NCBI GenBank assembly: GCA_976551045.1
Contig: CDPCPM010000106.1
Span: forward strand, 21,886,001-21,950,000
Direction: 5' to 3'
Source of the DNA: Glaucostegus cemiculus
Lineage: Eukaryota
DNA: 64,000 nucleotides
Shown here: positions 1-13,148 of the stretch, piece after piece
Layout of the letters: each line of letters begins with the position of its first letter
Numbering within the stretch: the first letter of the stretch is position 1
Notes under the pieces: generated by a model
Databases searched by the model: none
What the model was told of the DNA's origin: nothing
Seen by the model: only the letters and a program-made list of their open reading frames with translations
Made by a program: the position numbers and the translations under genes

Positions 1-976
1 AGTTTGAGATCAGTAGAGAGGGTGAGAAAGCATTATTATACCTCATTAATACTGAATATGTTTGTTGAAAAATAAATTATGGTCAACTGAAACTAGTGCA
101 TTAAAATTGTCAGTGGAAGTTCTGGTAATGCTCCTGAAAATTTATAATGTCAGCAGTTTTTGGCTTCTGGAGATGGGAATTAGTCATAATGCCTCAAATC
201 ATTAACTCTCCAGCAGGGGAATGATATTCCCATCCACAAAGTATATCTTGTCAAAATCAGAATGTTGATATTAATGTACACAATGAAGTGGCTCATGAAG
301 GAGAAGTATTTTGGACGGAAGAGGCATGTTGATTCTCTGCGCTGTGATGGAATAAACAGGAAGGAGGTCAGTGCAGTTAGTCCCCAGTGAATACATTGAA
401 CAGAAGGGTAGCTGAGATTAGAGAGTGGGTCATTGGAGTTCCTGCTCCAATAAAAGCAATAAAGGGCACCAGAGAGAGCCTGTTGGAGAATACCAAGAGG
501 GTACACAATGAATCCATTGACTTCTAAAAGCATCTCACACCTCTGAAGAGAAGGTGGCTCTTAGCTTGCAATGGGTTGCAGTAGGATTCGAAAGGACCAT
601 GATGAAAAAGCAGTGATGTGTGAAAAGAGAAGCAACAAATTTGGACCTTAGAGGGCTGAAATGGATTGGAATAGTGGATCTGACAAAATGTTGTGGTTTA
701 ACTTTCAGAGGCAGAGAGGAGACAATAGGAAACAATTTTGGATTTAAAATACGTGAACCAGCTGCCTGTAATTCACTTGTAGACAAAGAGGTGGCAGTAG
801 TGAAGAGATTTCCTTGTACCTGAAATGGGCTCCTTATTTTTAATGATTAGTTTTTTTGAGGAACCAGTGACTAATTTGTTTGTCTGGTTTCCCTGGAATC
901 AAAGATAAGTGAGGATTTCCTGGATATCCCAGGAACTAACAGGTCAAAGGTCTCTGTTTCCATGGTGCATCCAAAT

Positions 977-1247
977 AAGACAAGATTTCTTTCTTACTCA
1001 CATGTACATCGAAACACACAGTGGAATGTTCTGCTCATGAGTGTCGCCACTCTTCCTGTGCCAACATAGCATGCCACAACTTCCTAACCTGTATGTCTTT
1101 GAAATGTGGGAGGAAACTGGAGCATCCGGAGGAAACCCACACAGACACACGCGGAGAACATACAAACTCCTTACAGACAGCAGCTGGAATTGAACCTAAG
1201 TCACTGGTTCTCTAATAGCGCCACGCTAACCACTACACTACCATGCC
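977..1247 (-). mobile_element. tRNA-derived V-SINE/HE1-like SINE
   Basis: Core GGAGTTTGTATGTTCTCC..GTGTCTGTGTGGGTTTCCTCCGG..GCTCCAGTTTCCTCCCACA shared with the copies at 16057 and 39659. Confidence 0.85.
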
Positions 1248-2228
1248 TGCCCCACTACCATGTTACTGTACTTATTAAATGTGATGAAGACTTCCTCCTC
1301 TACCACCCTTTCAGTTAGAATTCCAGATCCATATCATGCCCTGGATAAAAATCCTCACCTCCTCTTTAAACTTTTTACCAGTTACTTTAACTCAATGGTC
1401 CCTGGTTTTCATCCTAAAGGAAATTAATCCTTCCTATTTACTTTCTTCATTGTAATTTTATTCACCTCAATTAAGACCGCAGCCAGCTTCTGCTAGCCCA
1501 AAGAAAGCCATTCTACCCAACCCAATCTTTCTTTGCAGATAAAATTTTCCATCCCTGACATACTCCTCGAATCCAAAGGAAGCAATCCTGGCCTGTGCAA
1601 TCTCTTTTCATAACTAAAATTTTCCAGTCCTGATGCATCCTTCAAAGTCAACTAAGTTCTTCCATGTGATTCTTCTCGGGCTGAAAATCCTGTTTCTACA
1701 TCCAGTGTAGTGAGTGATCAGTGCAGGAGCTTGGAATCACTCCACATATACACATTTATAAACTACCAACACAGTGATTATAATATTTTGAAGCCCTTTG
1801 CCATAAGTTACTGGTGTGTTAGCTGTTCATGTGGGGAAAACATACAGGAAGCAAACAGTCCAAAGAAACAGATTATTCTCCTTTCTAATTGATGATTTTT
1901 TTCCAATCAGCTTCTGCTGTGTCTTTTGGTTCTGTTCACGTGGCTGTAATCAAAATATCCAAGTTTTTTTTCTTTGGTACTGCAATGATTATCAGGGAGA
2001 TGGGTGCCCATTTCAGGGCTGGTGCCTTTTTTGACATTGCAGCTAGCAGTGTTCCCATAGGCATGCTATCCTTCTCCTCAGTGGTACAGACTGCCATTTT
2101 GGGAAGTGCTGTTGGAGCAGTCTGGGTGAGTATCTGCAGAGCATTTTGCAAATGTTATACCTCACAGCCGTTGTCTGCTGGAGCTGGAGTGAATACTTAG
2201 GTTGGTGAATGAGGTGCAAATCAAGTGA

Positions 2229-3120
2229 GAATTGGAATTGGTTTATTGTTGTCACTTGTACCAAGATACAGTGGAAAAACTTGTCCTGCATACCATTCAT
2301 ACAGATTAATTCATTACACAGTGCATTGAGGTAGCACAAGGTAAAACAATACAGAATGCAGAGTAAAGTGTCACAGCTACAGAGAAAGTGTAGTGAGGGT
2401 AGACAATAAGGTGCAAGGTCATAATGAGGTAGATTGTGAGGTCAAGAGCCAATCTTAACGTACAAACAAAGCATTCAACAGTCTTATAACAGTGGGATAG
2501 AAGCTGCCCTTGATCCTGGTGGTATGTGCTTTTGGGTTCTTGTATCTTCTACCCAATGGGAGAGGGGAGAAGAGAGAATGTCTCGGGTGGGTGGTGTATT
2601 TGATTATGCTGGCTGCTTTACTGAGGCAGTGAGAAGTATAGACTGGGTCCATGTAAGGGAGGCTGGTTTCTGTGATGTGCTGAGCTGTGTCTACAACTCT
2701 CTGCAGTTTCTTGCGGTTCTGGGCAGAGCAGTTGCCATGCCAAGCCATTATGCATCCAGATAGGATGCTTTCTATGGTGCATCAATAAAAGTTGGTGAGT
2801 GTCAAAAGGGACATGCCAAATTTCCTTAGCCTCCTGAGGAAGTGGAGGCACTAGTGAACTTTCTTGCCTGTGGCATCTACGTGGTTGGACCAGGACAGGC
2901 TATTGGTGATGTTCACTCCTTGGAACATGAAGCTCTCAATCCTCTTGACCTCAGCACTAGTGATGTAGATGGGTGTATGTGTACTGTCTTAACCATTTCC
3001 CCCCCCCCCCACCCCCCTGCACTTTGCTAATTCAGTGACCAGTTCTTTTGTTTTGCTGACATTGAGGGAAAGGTTGTTGTCATTATACCATGTCACTATG
3101 CTCTTTATCTCCTTCCTGTA
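2229..3120 (-). mobile_element. Rex1/Babar-like non-LTR retrotransposon 3' fragment
   Basis: ORF 2455-2748 AWHGNCSAQNRKKLQRVV...HPRHSLFSPLPLGRRY...SFYPTVIRLLN, typical of the RT C-terminal tail of this clade. The same 3' UTR recurs at ~11720-11875. Confidence 0.8.
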
Positions 3121-4835
3121 TCTCTACTTCTGGAATTTATTCCATTGATGTTAATGGAATGAATTACAGAGGTATAGTGGAATGCACTGTATGATCTTAT
3201 AAATGTTAAGTAAATTCAAGTGTTTCTTTAACCAGTTTAAATTCAGTAAAAATTGGCTGATTAGTGATCAACTGCCCTTTCAATCTAGTATAAAGAAAAT
3301 CAGCCACACACACAGATAACCCCTTCCAACACTCAACACACTGATGAACAAGGTTTTTACCCAGCTATTATTGTTTCCAATTTAATGAAATTTAACCTTC
3401 ATGGAAAATATTTCCACTGGCTGATAAGCCACAACAGTGGGCTGCTTTGTTCCGGAAGTTGTTCTATTTCTTGGATCCATGCTCAGCCAGACAAATGGAG
3501 TTTTGGGTGTCAGGAGGTGAATCTTTGCTGCAGGTTACTCAGCCTCTAACTTGCTGTTATAGCCATGCTATGTGGAGCTGGTGCATTTGAATTTCTAATC
3601 AATGGTATTCCCAGGTTGTTGATGGTGGGGGCCCCAGCCATGCTATTGCCATTGAATGTCAAGAATAAGGGGCTAGATTCTCTGTCAATGGAGGAAATCA
3701 TTGCCTGATTGATTATTTTTTTGCCATAAAACTAGTGGCTGGAAGAACACTGGGTCCAGCAGCACCTCTGGAGGCAAAGGGATGGTTGACATTTTGGGTT
3801 GAGACCAGGCATCAGGACATTTTGTGGCACTAATGTTACTTGCAACTTATCATCCCATACCTGAATGATATCTAGTAGTGCTAGCATGGGCTGATTCAGT
3901 TGTTGAGTAGTTGCAAATAGAATTGCACATTGTACAATCATCAGCAATGTTCCCACTTATGATCTTTTATGATGGAAGTAAGGTCTTTGAAGCAATTGAA
4001 AATACTTGAGCCTAGGATGCTGCCCAGAGAAACTCCTGCAGTGAAGTCCTGGGCTGGGATGATTAACCTTCAACAACCATCTTTCTTTGCTATATTGACT
4101 CTAACCATTGGAGTGTTTTCCTTTCACCATTTTTACTATTGTTCCCTAACGTCACACAGGGTAGGTCAAATGCTGTCTTGCTGTCATCTTACCATGCCTC
4201 GAGAGTTCAGTTAATTGTCCATGTGTGGACCAAGACTGTGCTGAGGGCTGGAGCTCTAGTCCTGGTGAAACCCAAATGTGGCATCAGTTGGCAGGTTCAT
4301 AGTGAATAAGTGCCACTTGATAGCACTGTTGATAACATTATCCATCACTTTGAGAGTAGACCAATGGGGCAGTAACTAGCTAGATTAGATTTTTTTTTGT
4401 GGGCAGAACCTCATTGGGTACATGCCAGAACACTATAACTAGAGGGAGGATAGTTCTGGAGCACAGGTCTTCAGTTGGGATGTCGTTTGGCCAATAGCCT
4501 TTGCTGTAACCAGTTCTTTTACCGGGCTGAAAAGTACCCCACCTAAATATGGAAACCTGTGCTTGTGATGTATGCTCTCTGAAGTATGATGCCTCACTGA
4601 ATTATCTTCTGCTGCATGGAGGCTTCTCAGCCACAGTACTACAAACAAGTTTAGTCACTCTGAGCTTCTCAATGTGGATGGGGTGGACTATATCATTGTA
4701 TTTGTTGAAACAGCTGGCATACCATCATGAACAGAACATAATTGCTTATTCTCTATTAGAGAATGAATTAACAATTTCTGAACAAGGTGAATACAAGAGT
4801 AAAGAACAAATGACATGTTTTCAGTACAACTGCAG

Positions 4836-4841
4836 TTTATT
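4836..4841 (-). terminator. Candidate poly(A) signal (AATAAA) of FUCA1
   Basis: TTTATT on the + strand about 715 nt downstream of the FUCA1 stop. No transcript evidence. Confidence 0.35.
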
Positions 4842-5555
4842 TACTGTGATTACATCAGTAACAATCAAACTGCAGTATTTGCATAAATCAACAGCCCCAT
4901 TAAAATAGATTAAAACAGTTATACACCTTGTTCCCAAAGAAAGTCTGTAATATTGGAGTGAAGTTGGTAGAGGCTTCCTCCATGACTGGCACCAATGTTG
5001 TTGTATATCCTATGAAGCACGAGGGACTTGTTGTAGGATCGGGTTCTGGGCATGGACCGATACTGATTTTTGGAAAGCAGTAACTAAAGTGTTAATTATC
5101 AAATCCCAAACAAACTTGCTTTCAACAAGCATCTATTAGTTTAGTTTCTTATTAGCAAAAATATTTGACCTAACCATTGTTGTAAAAATTTGTACATCAA
5201 GTTCACCTTCAATTAAAAACAGACTACTAGTATTACTTAAGAGTATTGCTCTAAATCAACCTTTGAAAACTCATGTTTTGATCATTAATCTTCCCCAGGC
5301 AGCACAATTGTTTTAAATCACAAGTAATGCAAAGAAGTATGAAGTTATCAGTTTACAAATCTCATAACACTTAACCACAACATCTGCAATTTGTGGTCAA
5401 TAATTCAAACTTTGGTCATGTTTTTATCATTTCACATCCACTATATAATCTTCGTACAAAAAATGATCAAAAAACTTAACTTATGATTTTAAGTGAATAA
5501 ACATGATTAAAATGTTTCCTTTCTTATTCTCAGTGGAATTAACAGTTTTTGCTGA

Positions 5556-5696
5556 TTATGAAACTCCTTCCATTTTCACTGTCCAACCATTTTTTGAGGG
5601 GACAGTAAATGGAGAAAGAGGGGACAAGAAGATGATAATGCCTTTGGTGGGAGAAGTCTTCCATTTCAGCGGCTGTGGGATTCCCAGCATTGTTAC
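5556..5696 (-). CDS. FUCA1: Alpha-L-fucosidase exon 8, terminal coding part (141 nt including TAA)
   Basis: ctttctccag|GTA ACA ATG..., encodes VTMLGIPQPLKWKTSPTKGIIIFLSPLSPFTVPSKNGWTVKMEGVS*, matching the FUCA1 C-terminal pattern. Confidence 0.94.
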   Translation of the reverse strand, partial: VTMLGIPQPLKWKTSPTKGIIIFLSPLSPFTVPSKNGWTVKMEGVS

Positions 5697-6459
5697 CTGG
5701 AGAAAGGAAAAGAACATGAAACAAGGGGACACTCAATCCATCAAGCCTGTCTCTCTTCCCCACCCAAGCAGGGACAATCCACTCTACTATTGAGACTGTG
5801 CCATCATTTAAATCTCTTCAGGAAACTTCTCACTAATAAATCAAGGCAAATTCCAATATCCATCTTACCCCATGCTCCACATTACTGCACAGTTATACAT
5901 GCCTCAGGGAGATTCAACAAGGAAGGATGCCAATCCCAAGGTGATTTAACTCTTAAAGAAAGCATCGTTTCATGCAGTATTTAGTCTGCTAAACCAGAAA
6001 AACAGACAGAAGCAAGAGTGGATGATTTGGTCACTTGCACCATTCTGCCGTTCAATAAGATGGCTTGTCTTTTCCCACAGCACTAATTTTCCAGCATTAA
6101 CCCCTATCCCTTGATTCCCTTAACTTCTAGAAATCTATCAATCTGTCTTAAATACACTCAGCAAATGAGCCTCTGCAGTCTTGGGTACAAAAATCCTAAG
6201 GTTCACTACCCATTGTGTGAAGACATTCCTGAATGGTCAACCTCTTATTCTGAGACTATGTACTTGTACTTTAGTCTAAGGTTATAGCTGGAAACATCCC
6301 AATACCTACCTTTGGAGAAAATGTTATTTGGCCAAGCTTTAAATGCACAAACTTAATGAATTGCATGAACAGATCTATTAAATCACATACAACTGTGGAA
6401 CGGTTTCATTGACACTGTTTTAATACTGCAATCTAACATGAGCAGGAGCAAAGATGCAG

Positions 6460-6594
6460 ATGAGCAAGAGGTGGAAGAAAACAAAATAGTCACTGAAGCC
6501 TGGCTGAAGAGCCGGAACACAGAATAATGAGCAAGAGGTGGAAGAAAACAAAATAGTCACTGAAGCCTGGCTGAAGAGCCGGAACACAGAATAA
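6460..6594. repeat. Exact 67-bp tandem duplication in FUCA1 intron 7
   Basis: TGAGCAAGAGGTGGAAG...GGAACACAGAATAA begins at 6461 and again at 6528. Confidence 0.95.
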
Positions 6595-6824
6595 ATATGC
6601 AGGTTTGTGTGTGCTTCAGGGAGATTCAAGGAGGAAGGATGCCACTATATCAAAAAGATTACTGAAAGAAAAGAGCTGGAAACTGACTCAAGGTCCTCTT
6701 GGATGGATCTGGATCTGGCATGACGAGCATCACAGATGTTAACAAATGTGGATGTACTATTAATGTGGCTTCAGCTGAAATAGTAAATGTCAATACCTAA
6801 TTATCAGCTGGAACTTGGGGACAA

Positions 6825-6896
6825 AGTATTTGTGAGGTTATTTATTTCAAGGTTCTCTTCTTAAAGGGCCTTGAAATAAATTACCCCACAAATACT
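6825..6896. other. Inverted repeat with 28-bp arms (hairpin)
   Basis: AGTATTTGTGAGGTTATTTATTTCAAGG (6825-6852) vs CCTTGAAATAAATTACCCCACAAATACT (6869-6896). Confidence 0.85.
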
Positions 6897-8044
6897 ACTC
6901 TGGGGAAAAAAGGTGAGGAAAGCCCAAGGGGAGAACACTACTTACTTCATTCATAGCTAGTAAGGAAATAATAATAAACCAAGTTTACTGAGGAGCAAAT
7001 TATCACAACAATATGTTTTAACTACAAATTATTTGTAGAAGGATAAAGCCAAGTGAGAAAACAGCAAAATAAAAGGATAAATAACTGAATTGCTGCAAAA
7101 AAAAAGCCAGAAGGACTATTGATTTGGAGGCAAGTGGAAAGTAAATAGGGGACTTTTACAAATTTCTTTTATACACAAAAACAGTGCTATATCCCAGGAA
7201 CGTCAAGCATGCAACATGAAAACAAAGGATTACCTCAGATATTCTGAATTATCCAAAGAATAGAAAGAATGAAACAAGAAACTTCAGAACGTACTGAGGG
7301 GAAAACAAGGGGTAAAAAGTGAATACAGCAAAAATAATAGCTGGTGGCCACAAAACATTAAGTATGTCAGCAGCAAGAAATGATTCAAGAGGGATATTGG
7401 ATCACTTTCAGTAGTGTGGGGTGAGTACAAGTAGGTCATAGCTGAGGATACAGAAGTGGAGGAATGACTACACCATACCTGTGGTTCTGTTACCAGTCTA
7501 GGTGTGAATGGGGAGAGGATGTCCAAGTACAGAAAGTATGAGGGAAGCTATCAGACTGGGATATCCTTAGAATCACAGGAGAGATATTATTTCCTCAAAC
7601 AAAATAAATTATTTTTTTGGCATTTACCAAACATGCAAGTTCCAAAAGATATTCAGTACCCAGAGGGTTAATACAGAATCAGACTACTGCAGACAAAAAA
7701 TGCAGGGTGGATTCAGTTTTCTTTCTGTGTTCCTCGTCAATCTATCAGAAGTGACAAAGAAATAAACAAGAAAGAAGCAAACAATGAATTGAACAAGGAG
7801 GGAAAAGGATTAGATGGGGAAAATGGAGTATAAATCTTACTCAATTTTAGGATAACAATTATAGAACTTGAGTAATGTCTGCATAATTCACAACTCCATG
7901 ACTACCAGGGCAAAAGCAAAATCAGCAATGGAATTGTCATGATCAATCTGTCCATCAGAACTGACTGAAATCATTGCGAAACAATGAAAGGCTAGGTAAA
8001 AGCCAAGAAGCTGGCATGGAACAAAACAAATCTGAAATACTTAC

Positions 8045-8144
8045 AGTGGTGTTCAGCGATGTCTTTGGTGAATCCAGCTGAAGGGTATTGTCAGTGGGCC
8101 ATTTTGTGAACACTGCATAAACTGAGGATCCCTTACTGGTGTAC
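8045..8144 (-). CDS. FUCA1: Alpha-L-fucosidase exon 7 (100 nt)
   Basis: tcttatag|G TAC ACC..., encodes YTSKGSSVYAVFTKWPTDNTLQLDSPKTSLNTT. Donor ACT|GTAAGT. Confidence 0.95.
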
Positions 8145-9319
8145 CTATAAGAAAAAGCACAGTTCAAAGGTGAGCACTGAAATAAAACCACAGCTTTAAA
8201 CAGCATGTGAATATGGTTATTGTCAAGTGCTATCTGACTGATTAATTCAAGTGGGGTATATATGCTGACATGGTCTAGTTCAGTCCTCTAATATACCAAG
8301 TCATTCTAAGATTTGAGTATTCATTCCAAATGAAACTATCTGAAGAAATCAATGTGAGCATTGAACATTAAATTGACTTTTCTCCCCACTTTTTCACTAA
8401 TTACAATAAATTCAATTCTGACAGTCACAGACCTGAAACATTGACCATTTCTCCTTCCACAGATGCAGCTTGACCTGCTGAATTTTTCCAGAATTGTTTT
8501 TATTTACAATAAGTTCACTACCCAGCACAATCACTGTTGGATTCAGATTTTATGCATCTACTAACATACCAGCATTGAATATTGCTAACTCCCCATGCAG
8601 TTCTAACAATGGCATGGTCTCCTGCAATATACAAAAGTTAGATTGCACAAGGACATGTCCTGAAACTAAGAAAAATAATGAAACAGAGACCCCCTGACAT
8701 CAATAACTTTGATGGTTCATAACTGCACACATTGGTGATTAACTGAAGAATAAAATACCCTGACTCAGACAGTACCCTGACTCAATCACTCCTCAGGCAG
8801 TAATATGTGGGTCTTCGAGTGTTCATCCAGTAGAACCAAAGCAGATTTTATAATTAACATTTACCTCAAAAGGGACTGATAAATGTGAAAAGATGAACAA
8901 AAACCACCACACAATCTGCTGCTACACACATGGCTACAAGTAGGAAAGGCTACATTGCAAACCTGCTTGATGGCTGTCAGTAACCATGGCACGTGGTGTG
9001 AAATACTACAAGAACAAAGTACCATGATTGGCATTCCAATGATGCCTAAATGAATTCATGACAATGGCACCACCAGATAGTAAATTAAAAATGTTTAGAG
9101 TTTTCTTCTAAATACCTGTTTTTATACTTTTGTTGCTCAAGATCTTTATTTTTGTTTAAACCCTGCAAGGCTCGACCATCATCAAAACTGTCACTTCTCT
9201 TTGCTCCTTTCTGCCTTCTGCATGGTACATACCCCATTCCCATGGGCCCTATACACACTAGCAGTGTTGATGAAAAGCACACTTTAAATTTACTTATTCC
9301 AACACTGCAGGAGACCATT

Positions 9320-9598
9320 CAGTTCACTGGGTCCATGCTGGCTCCCAGTAGAGCAATCTCATCAGTTCCATTCCCCCTCTCGTATTTTCCTGTAGCTTAA
9401 AACTTGAGCTCGCTCACATGCCCCTTTAATTCTTTTGCCACTTACCGACACTAGGGGGCAATTTACAGTAACCAATTAAACTACCAGCACAACTTTGGAA
9501 TGTGGGAGAAAACAAAGATGTCACAGGGAGGACATGCAAACTCCACACAGACAGCACCCAAGGTCACGACTGGTCCCTGGAGTTGAGGCAGCAGCACT
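9320..9598 (-). mobile_element. V-SINE-like SINE (older subfamily)
   Basis: GCAAACTCCACACAGACAGCACC core, also present at 16575-16875 and 31600-31930. Confidence 0.7.
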
Positions 9599-9687
9599 AG
9601 TGAATGTGAAGACAGGAATAAAGGATGGTGCTACTAAGTGAGAAGAAATGAAACAGTTGCACTGCCTTTCATCCTGATAGATATTAC

Positions 9688-9878
9688 CATATTATGTTGG
9701 TGGCGTTCTCTTTCTGAACTCGCCACGGTGTTGATGCATATATCGCTTCACCATTAACACGCAGCCACTGTCCCATGCCACGCAACCTTTCCTCAAAGAT
9801 TGGAGGGATGACACCATCTTTAGTTGGACCAATGTTGAGCAGGAAGTTGCCACCATAAGCAATGGTGTCCAGAAAACT
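9688..9878 (-). CDS. FUCA1: Alpha-L-fucosidase exon 6 (191 nt; ORF track shows a different frame)
   Basis: ctggcag|AGT TTT CTG..., encodes [63 protein letters not shown]. Donor TG|GTAATA. Confidence 0.95.
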
Positions 9879-10633
9879 CTGCCAGAAAAAAGGGAGATAT
9901 TGCTATTGTCTACAATATCCACAGTTTCTGTTCTAATTCAAGGCCCGTAAAAACTGTGGAACATCATCTATTTACACAATTTCTCAACACCAGAGAACCT
10001 ACCAATTTGCTATTGTCCACATCACCCCCATTTTGCTAAATATACAGTAGTAATTGCATATGATTAACTAGTTTTAAATGTCAACACCACGACCTAAAAA
10101 TAGTTAGCAAAACATTTCCAATGATTTGCAAAACCATATGCACGAATGTAACTCAAGGCAAAGCACATCGCAACATCATTTAATGGCACTTTTGGGAAAC
10201 TGACTTCTTTTCACGCTTGGATCTGTGTTCTCTCCGTGAATAATATCTGTTCGAAAGACACTGATTCCATACAAACCAACCAACTAAAGTGTACAGAACT
10301 GGATTGAAGACATTTTACTGTGCCCTAATTAAATATTAATATTCATGGATATTTACCAGTAGGCTTCACAGCTGAACCCAACATCCCTGCATTTTCTATA
10401 ATGATTGGAAACGTCTTATCCAAAGTCAGTGGCACAATGATGAATTGTAATGTCTACCACAGACTGAGAAACAAACAGGAAACTACCTGATCTGAGTGGC
10501 TTAGCTTCCCACAAGTTAAATTCTTTGATCTGCTTGTCTGTGAACAAAGGTCATCCCAGGAGGCCAATGCTCAATTGCCTGGATTCATTTTCATTCTACT
10601 GACGTACAATATTGATTAACCTGGACTACATAC

Positions 10634-10834
10634 TATGATAATGGATGGTAGATCTTCCACATCACTCATCCGCATATCTCTGCGATATCCCCATGACCAT
10701 TTGTCGAGCGTGGTACACTTCTCCCATTTATGGTTCTGCAGTTTGGTGGGGCTGTATTTGTCTGCACAGTTGAAGAAGCCGCCATGTTTACAAGAACAGC
10801 CAGCTCCCCAGCGGTCATTAGTTGCCACGGTATC
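10634..10834 (-). CDS. FUCA1: Alpha-L-fucosidase exon 5 (201 nt)
   Basis: cactag|GAT ACC GTG..., encodes [29 protein letters not shown]...[19 protein letters not shown]. Donor ATA|GTATGT. Confidence 0.96.
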
Positions 10835-11719
10835 CTAGTGGCAAAATGATAAATACAAGATTTTTCTAATAGCATTTTCACAACCTCAGTGTTATCAAAT
10901 ACATTACAGCATTTTATTTTAAACTGGATAAATGTAAGAAACATGCTAACCAGTTATCACAAAGCAAGGTCTCAGTACAGTAAAGAAAAACTAATGTTGG
11001 GCAAGGGATTTTGTTTTTTATATATATAACACACTATATAACACACACACACATAAAAAAGGAAATATCATTTTTGTTTTTACAAGTAGAATCAATATGC
11101 AGGGGGCTGGAATGGTTTCAATAAATTTCCTCTGCATACCATAAAATGTGATGGAAAGCATCCTCACGGAGAAATAAAATTCAGTGGTATAAAATGGCAA
11201 GAACACAAAATGGCAGAACTCTACATGTCAAAGACACCTAGGAGGTAAATAAAATTAATGCTGCAAGAAATGAAAAAAGCACAAAATGAAACGGAAACAA
11301 AAACAAGCAAACCCAAAAAGTACTTGCTCAATTAGATTACTGTAGGTACAAAAGGAAGTTGAAGAAATATGCATGAAAACATACATTATAATAAGACATT
11401 TCCATCAATTTAAAACAATTTTTTAAAATGCAAACAATTTAGAGTTGGTAAACAGATGAATGCTCCATCATCCATTACAGTCGTAAAATGCAGTGATGTT
11501 GTGTTGCTATTTGCAAATGACCCAAAGTGTGCAAACAAAGTGAAGCTGCAGCAGCATCAAGGACAATGACCACAGAGCTTGACACGACCTACAGGCTCTC
11601 CCAAGACCAAACTCCAAATGCAGGATACCAACACTGCTAAATTCATCATACTGTAGGGGAAAAACAAAGCTAGGGAGGGGAATTGTTTAATTAAACTTGT
11701 TCATTGCAGATCCAATACC

Positions 11720-11875
11720 TTTATTGGTATTGGTTTATTATTGTCACTTGTACAGAGGTACAGTGAAAAACTTGTCTTGCATACCAATCATATAGGTCAG
11801 TTCATTAAATATTAGGTTAGTACAGAGAGAGACTCTGAAAAACAATAACAGTGCAGAGTAAAGTGTCACAGAGTA
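11720..11875 (-). mobile_element. Short 3' tail of the same Rex1/Babar-like family
   Basis: ATTGGTTTATTATTGTCACTTGTAC...GAGTAAAGTGTCACAG shared with 2237-2377. Confidence 0.7.
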
Positions 11876-12141
11876 ATAGTTAGTGACATGGAGTTTAAAT
11901 TTAAAAGTATAGAACAATTATAGTAAGGGTAACGAGTAGATCTGTAGAGAGCAGCTTGCAAAAAGTCACCACACTCCAGAATCATCTTGTCTATTGATGT
12001 CATATTGCGAAACACAAAATTAGCTTGGCTAAATAACCCTGATCCTAAATGGGCTAAGAAGGAAATTAAAACTGTGATAACAATGGTCATTGTTAATTTA
12101 TATTCATCTGTACTAATCCTGTGAATATTGTTAATATGTAC

Positions 12142-12247
12142 CTTGACAGGGCTATCATTGTAAAGCCAGGCCAGAAATTCAGTGGAATTCCAATAAGTGT
12201 CTGGTGCTTCCCAGGCACCGTCTGACCAGATTATATCTGGCTTATAC
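12142..12247 (-). CDS. FUCA1: Alpha-L-fucosidase exon 4 (106 nt), includes the catalytic nucleophile Asp (WSDG)
   Basis: ctgatag|G TAT AAG..., encodes [35 protein letters not shown]. Donor AAG|GTACAT. Confidence 0.96.
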
Positions 12248-13010
12248 CTATCAGAATAAAAGAAAACAATTCCCAATTATTTCCAGACATCCATAATGTA
12301 AAACCCAACCTTATTTACCAAGGACTAACAGTCTTATTTAAAAATAGCTCAGACTATTAATTCTTTTGGAATTCAACTGTAGGGAACTATAGCAACTCAA
12401 TTAGCTTTAGAGCAACATTAAAGACACACAAGATATTTTAAGTATTGGTACTAGGATTACCAACATCATGAAGCTCAGAAATAAAGCTGCAAAATATCAT
12501 GCAGATGAATTGTGAATCTGAAATTATTATTAATTATTTTGTCTTTTTACCCAATATAGCTGTTAAACCACAAGGGAAAAAAATAATTCATCATATTATA
12601 CTGCAATATAACTTTTTAATAATTGGAGCAATATGACAGCCTTTCAGATGAAGTGGTGAAATGAATGATTCCTGCTAATATTTTCTGCCTGGAAGATTCT
12701 ACAATGCTCAAGGCATCCCCTCGTCTCTGTCCTGCCATCAACTCCATAAATGAAATAGTAACTCCTCCTACAAATGCAGCCTGATCTGATGAGTATTTCC
12801 AGCATTTTCTGTTTTTATTTTGGATTTCCAGCATCTGTAGTTTTTGAGAGTGATCCTTGGCATAAAGCAAAAGTGCCATCTACTGGTCTAACTGATAAAG
12901 GGATAACATTTGACACATGGTACATACACATCAATGTGTTAGCTAGTCGTGATGATCATTCACAGACAATATTTCAAAGCTCTGTCATTGAAACTATCAT
13001 ATTGCATTAC

Positions 13011-13148
13011 CTTAAGACCAGATCGTACAGTTCTGGTAACGTTTTTTCCATAACAAATTTCTGGGTCTTGAATTTGTTTTGCTTATCATACAAGTAGAGA
13101 GGGTTAAACCACTCAAAGAGGGAATGGTACACTCCATAATGTAACTTC
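13011..13148 (-). CDS. FUCA1: Alpha-L-fucosidase exon 3 (138 nt; not in the ORF track)
   Basis: caacag|G AAG TTA CAT TAT GGA..., encodes [45 protein letters not shown]. Donor AG|GTAATG. Confidence 0.95.

Noticed and set aside
4925-5082. Exon-like open stretch on the minus strand between AG and GT
   Set aside because: Lies after the FUCA1 stop in the probable 3' UTR; no recognisable protein in any frame.
11866-12276. ORF-track proteins extending beyond FUCA1/ZBTB8 exons (e.g. 11866-12276, 26467-27477)
   Set aside because: Extensions are intronic read-through past clear splice sites.
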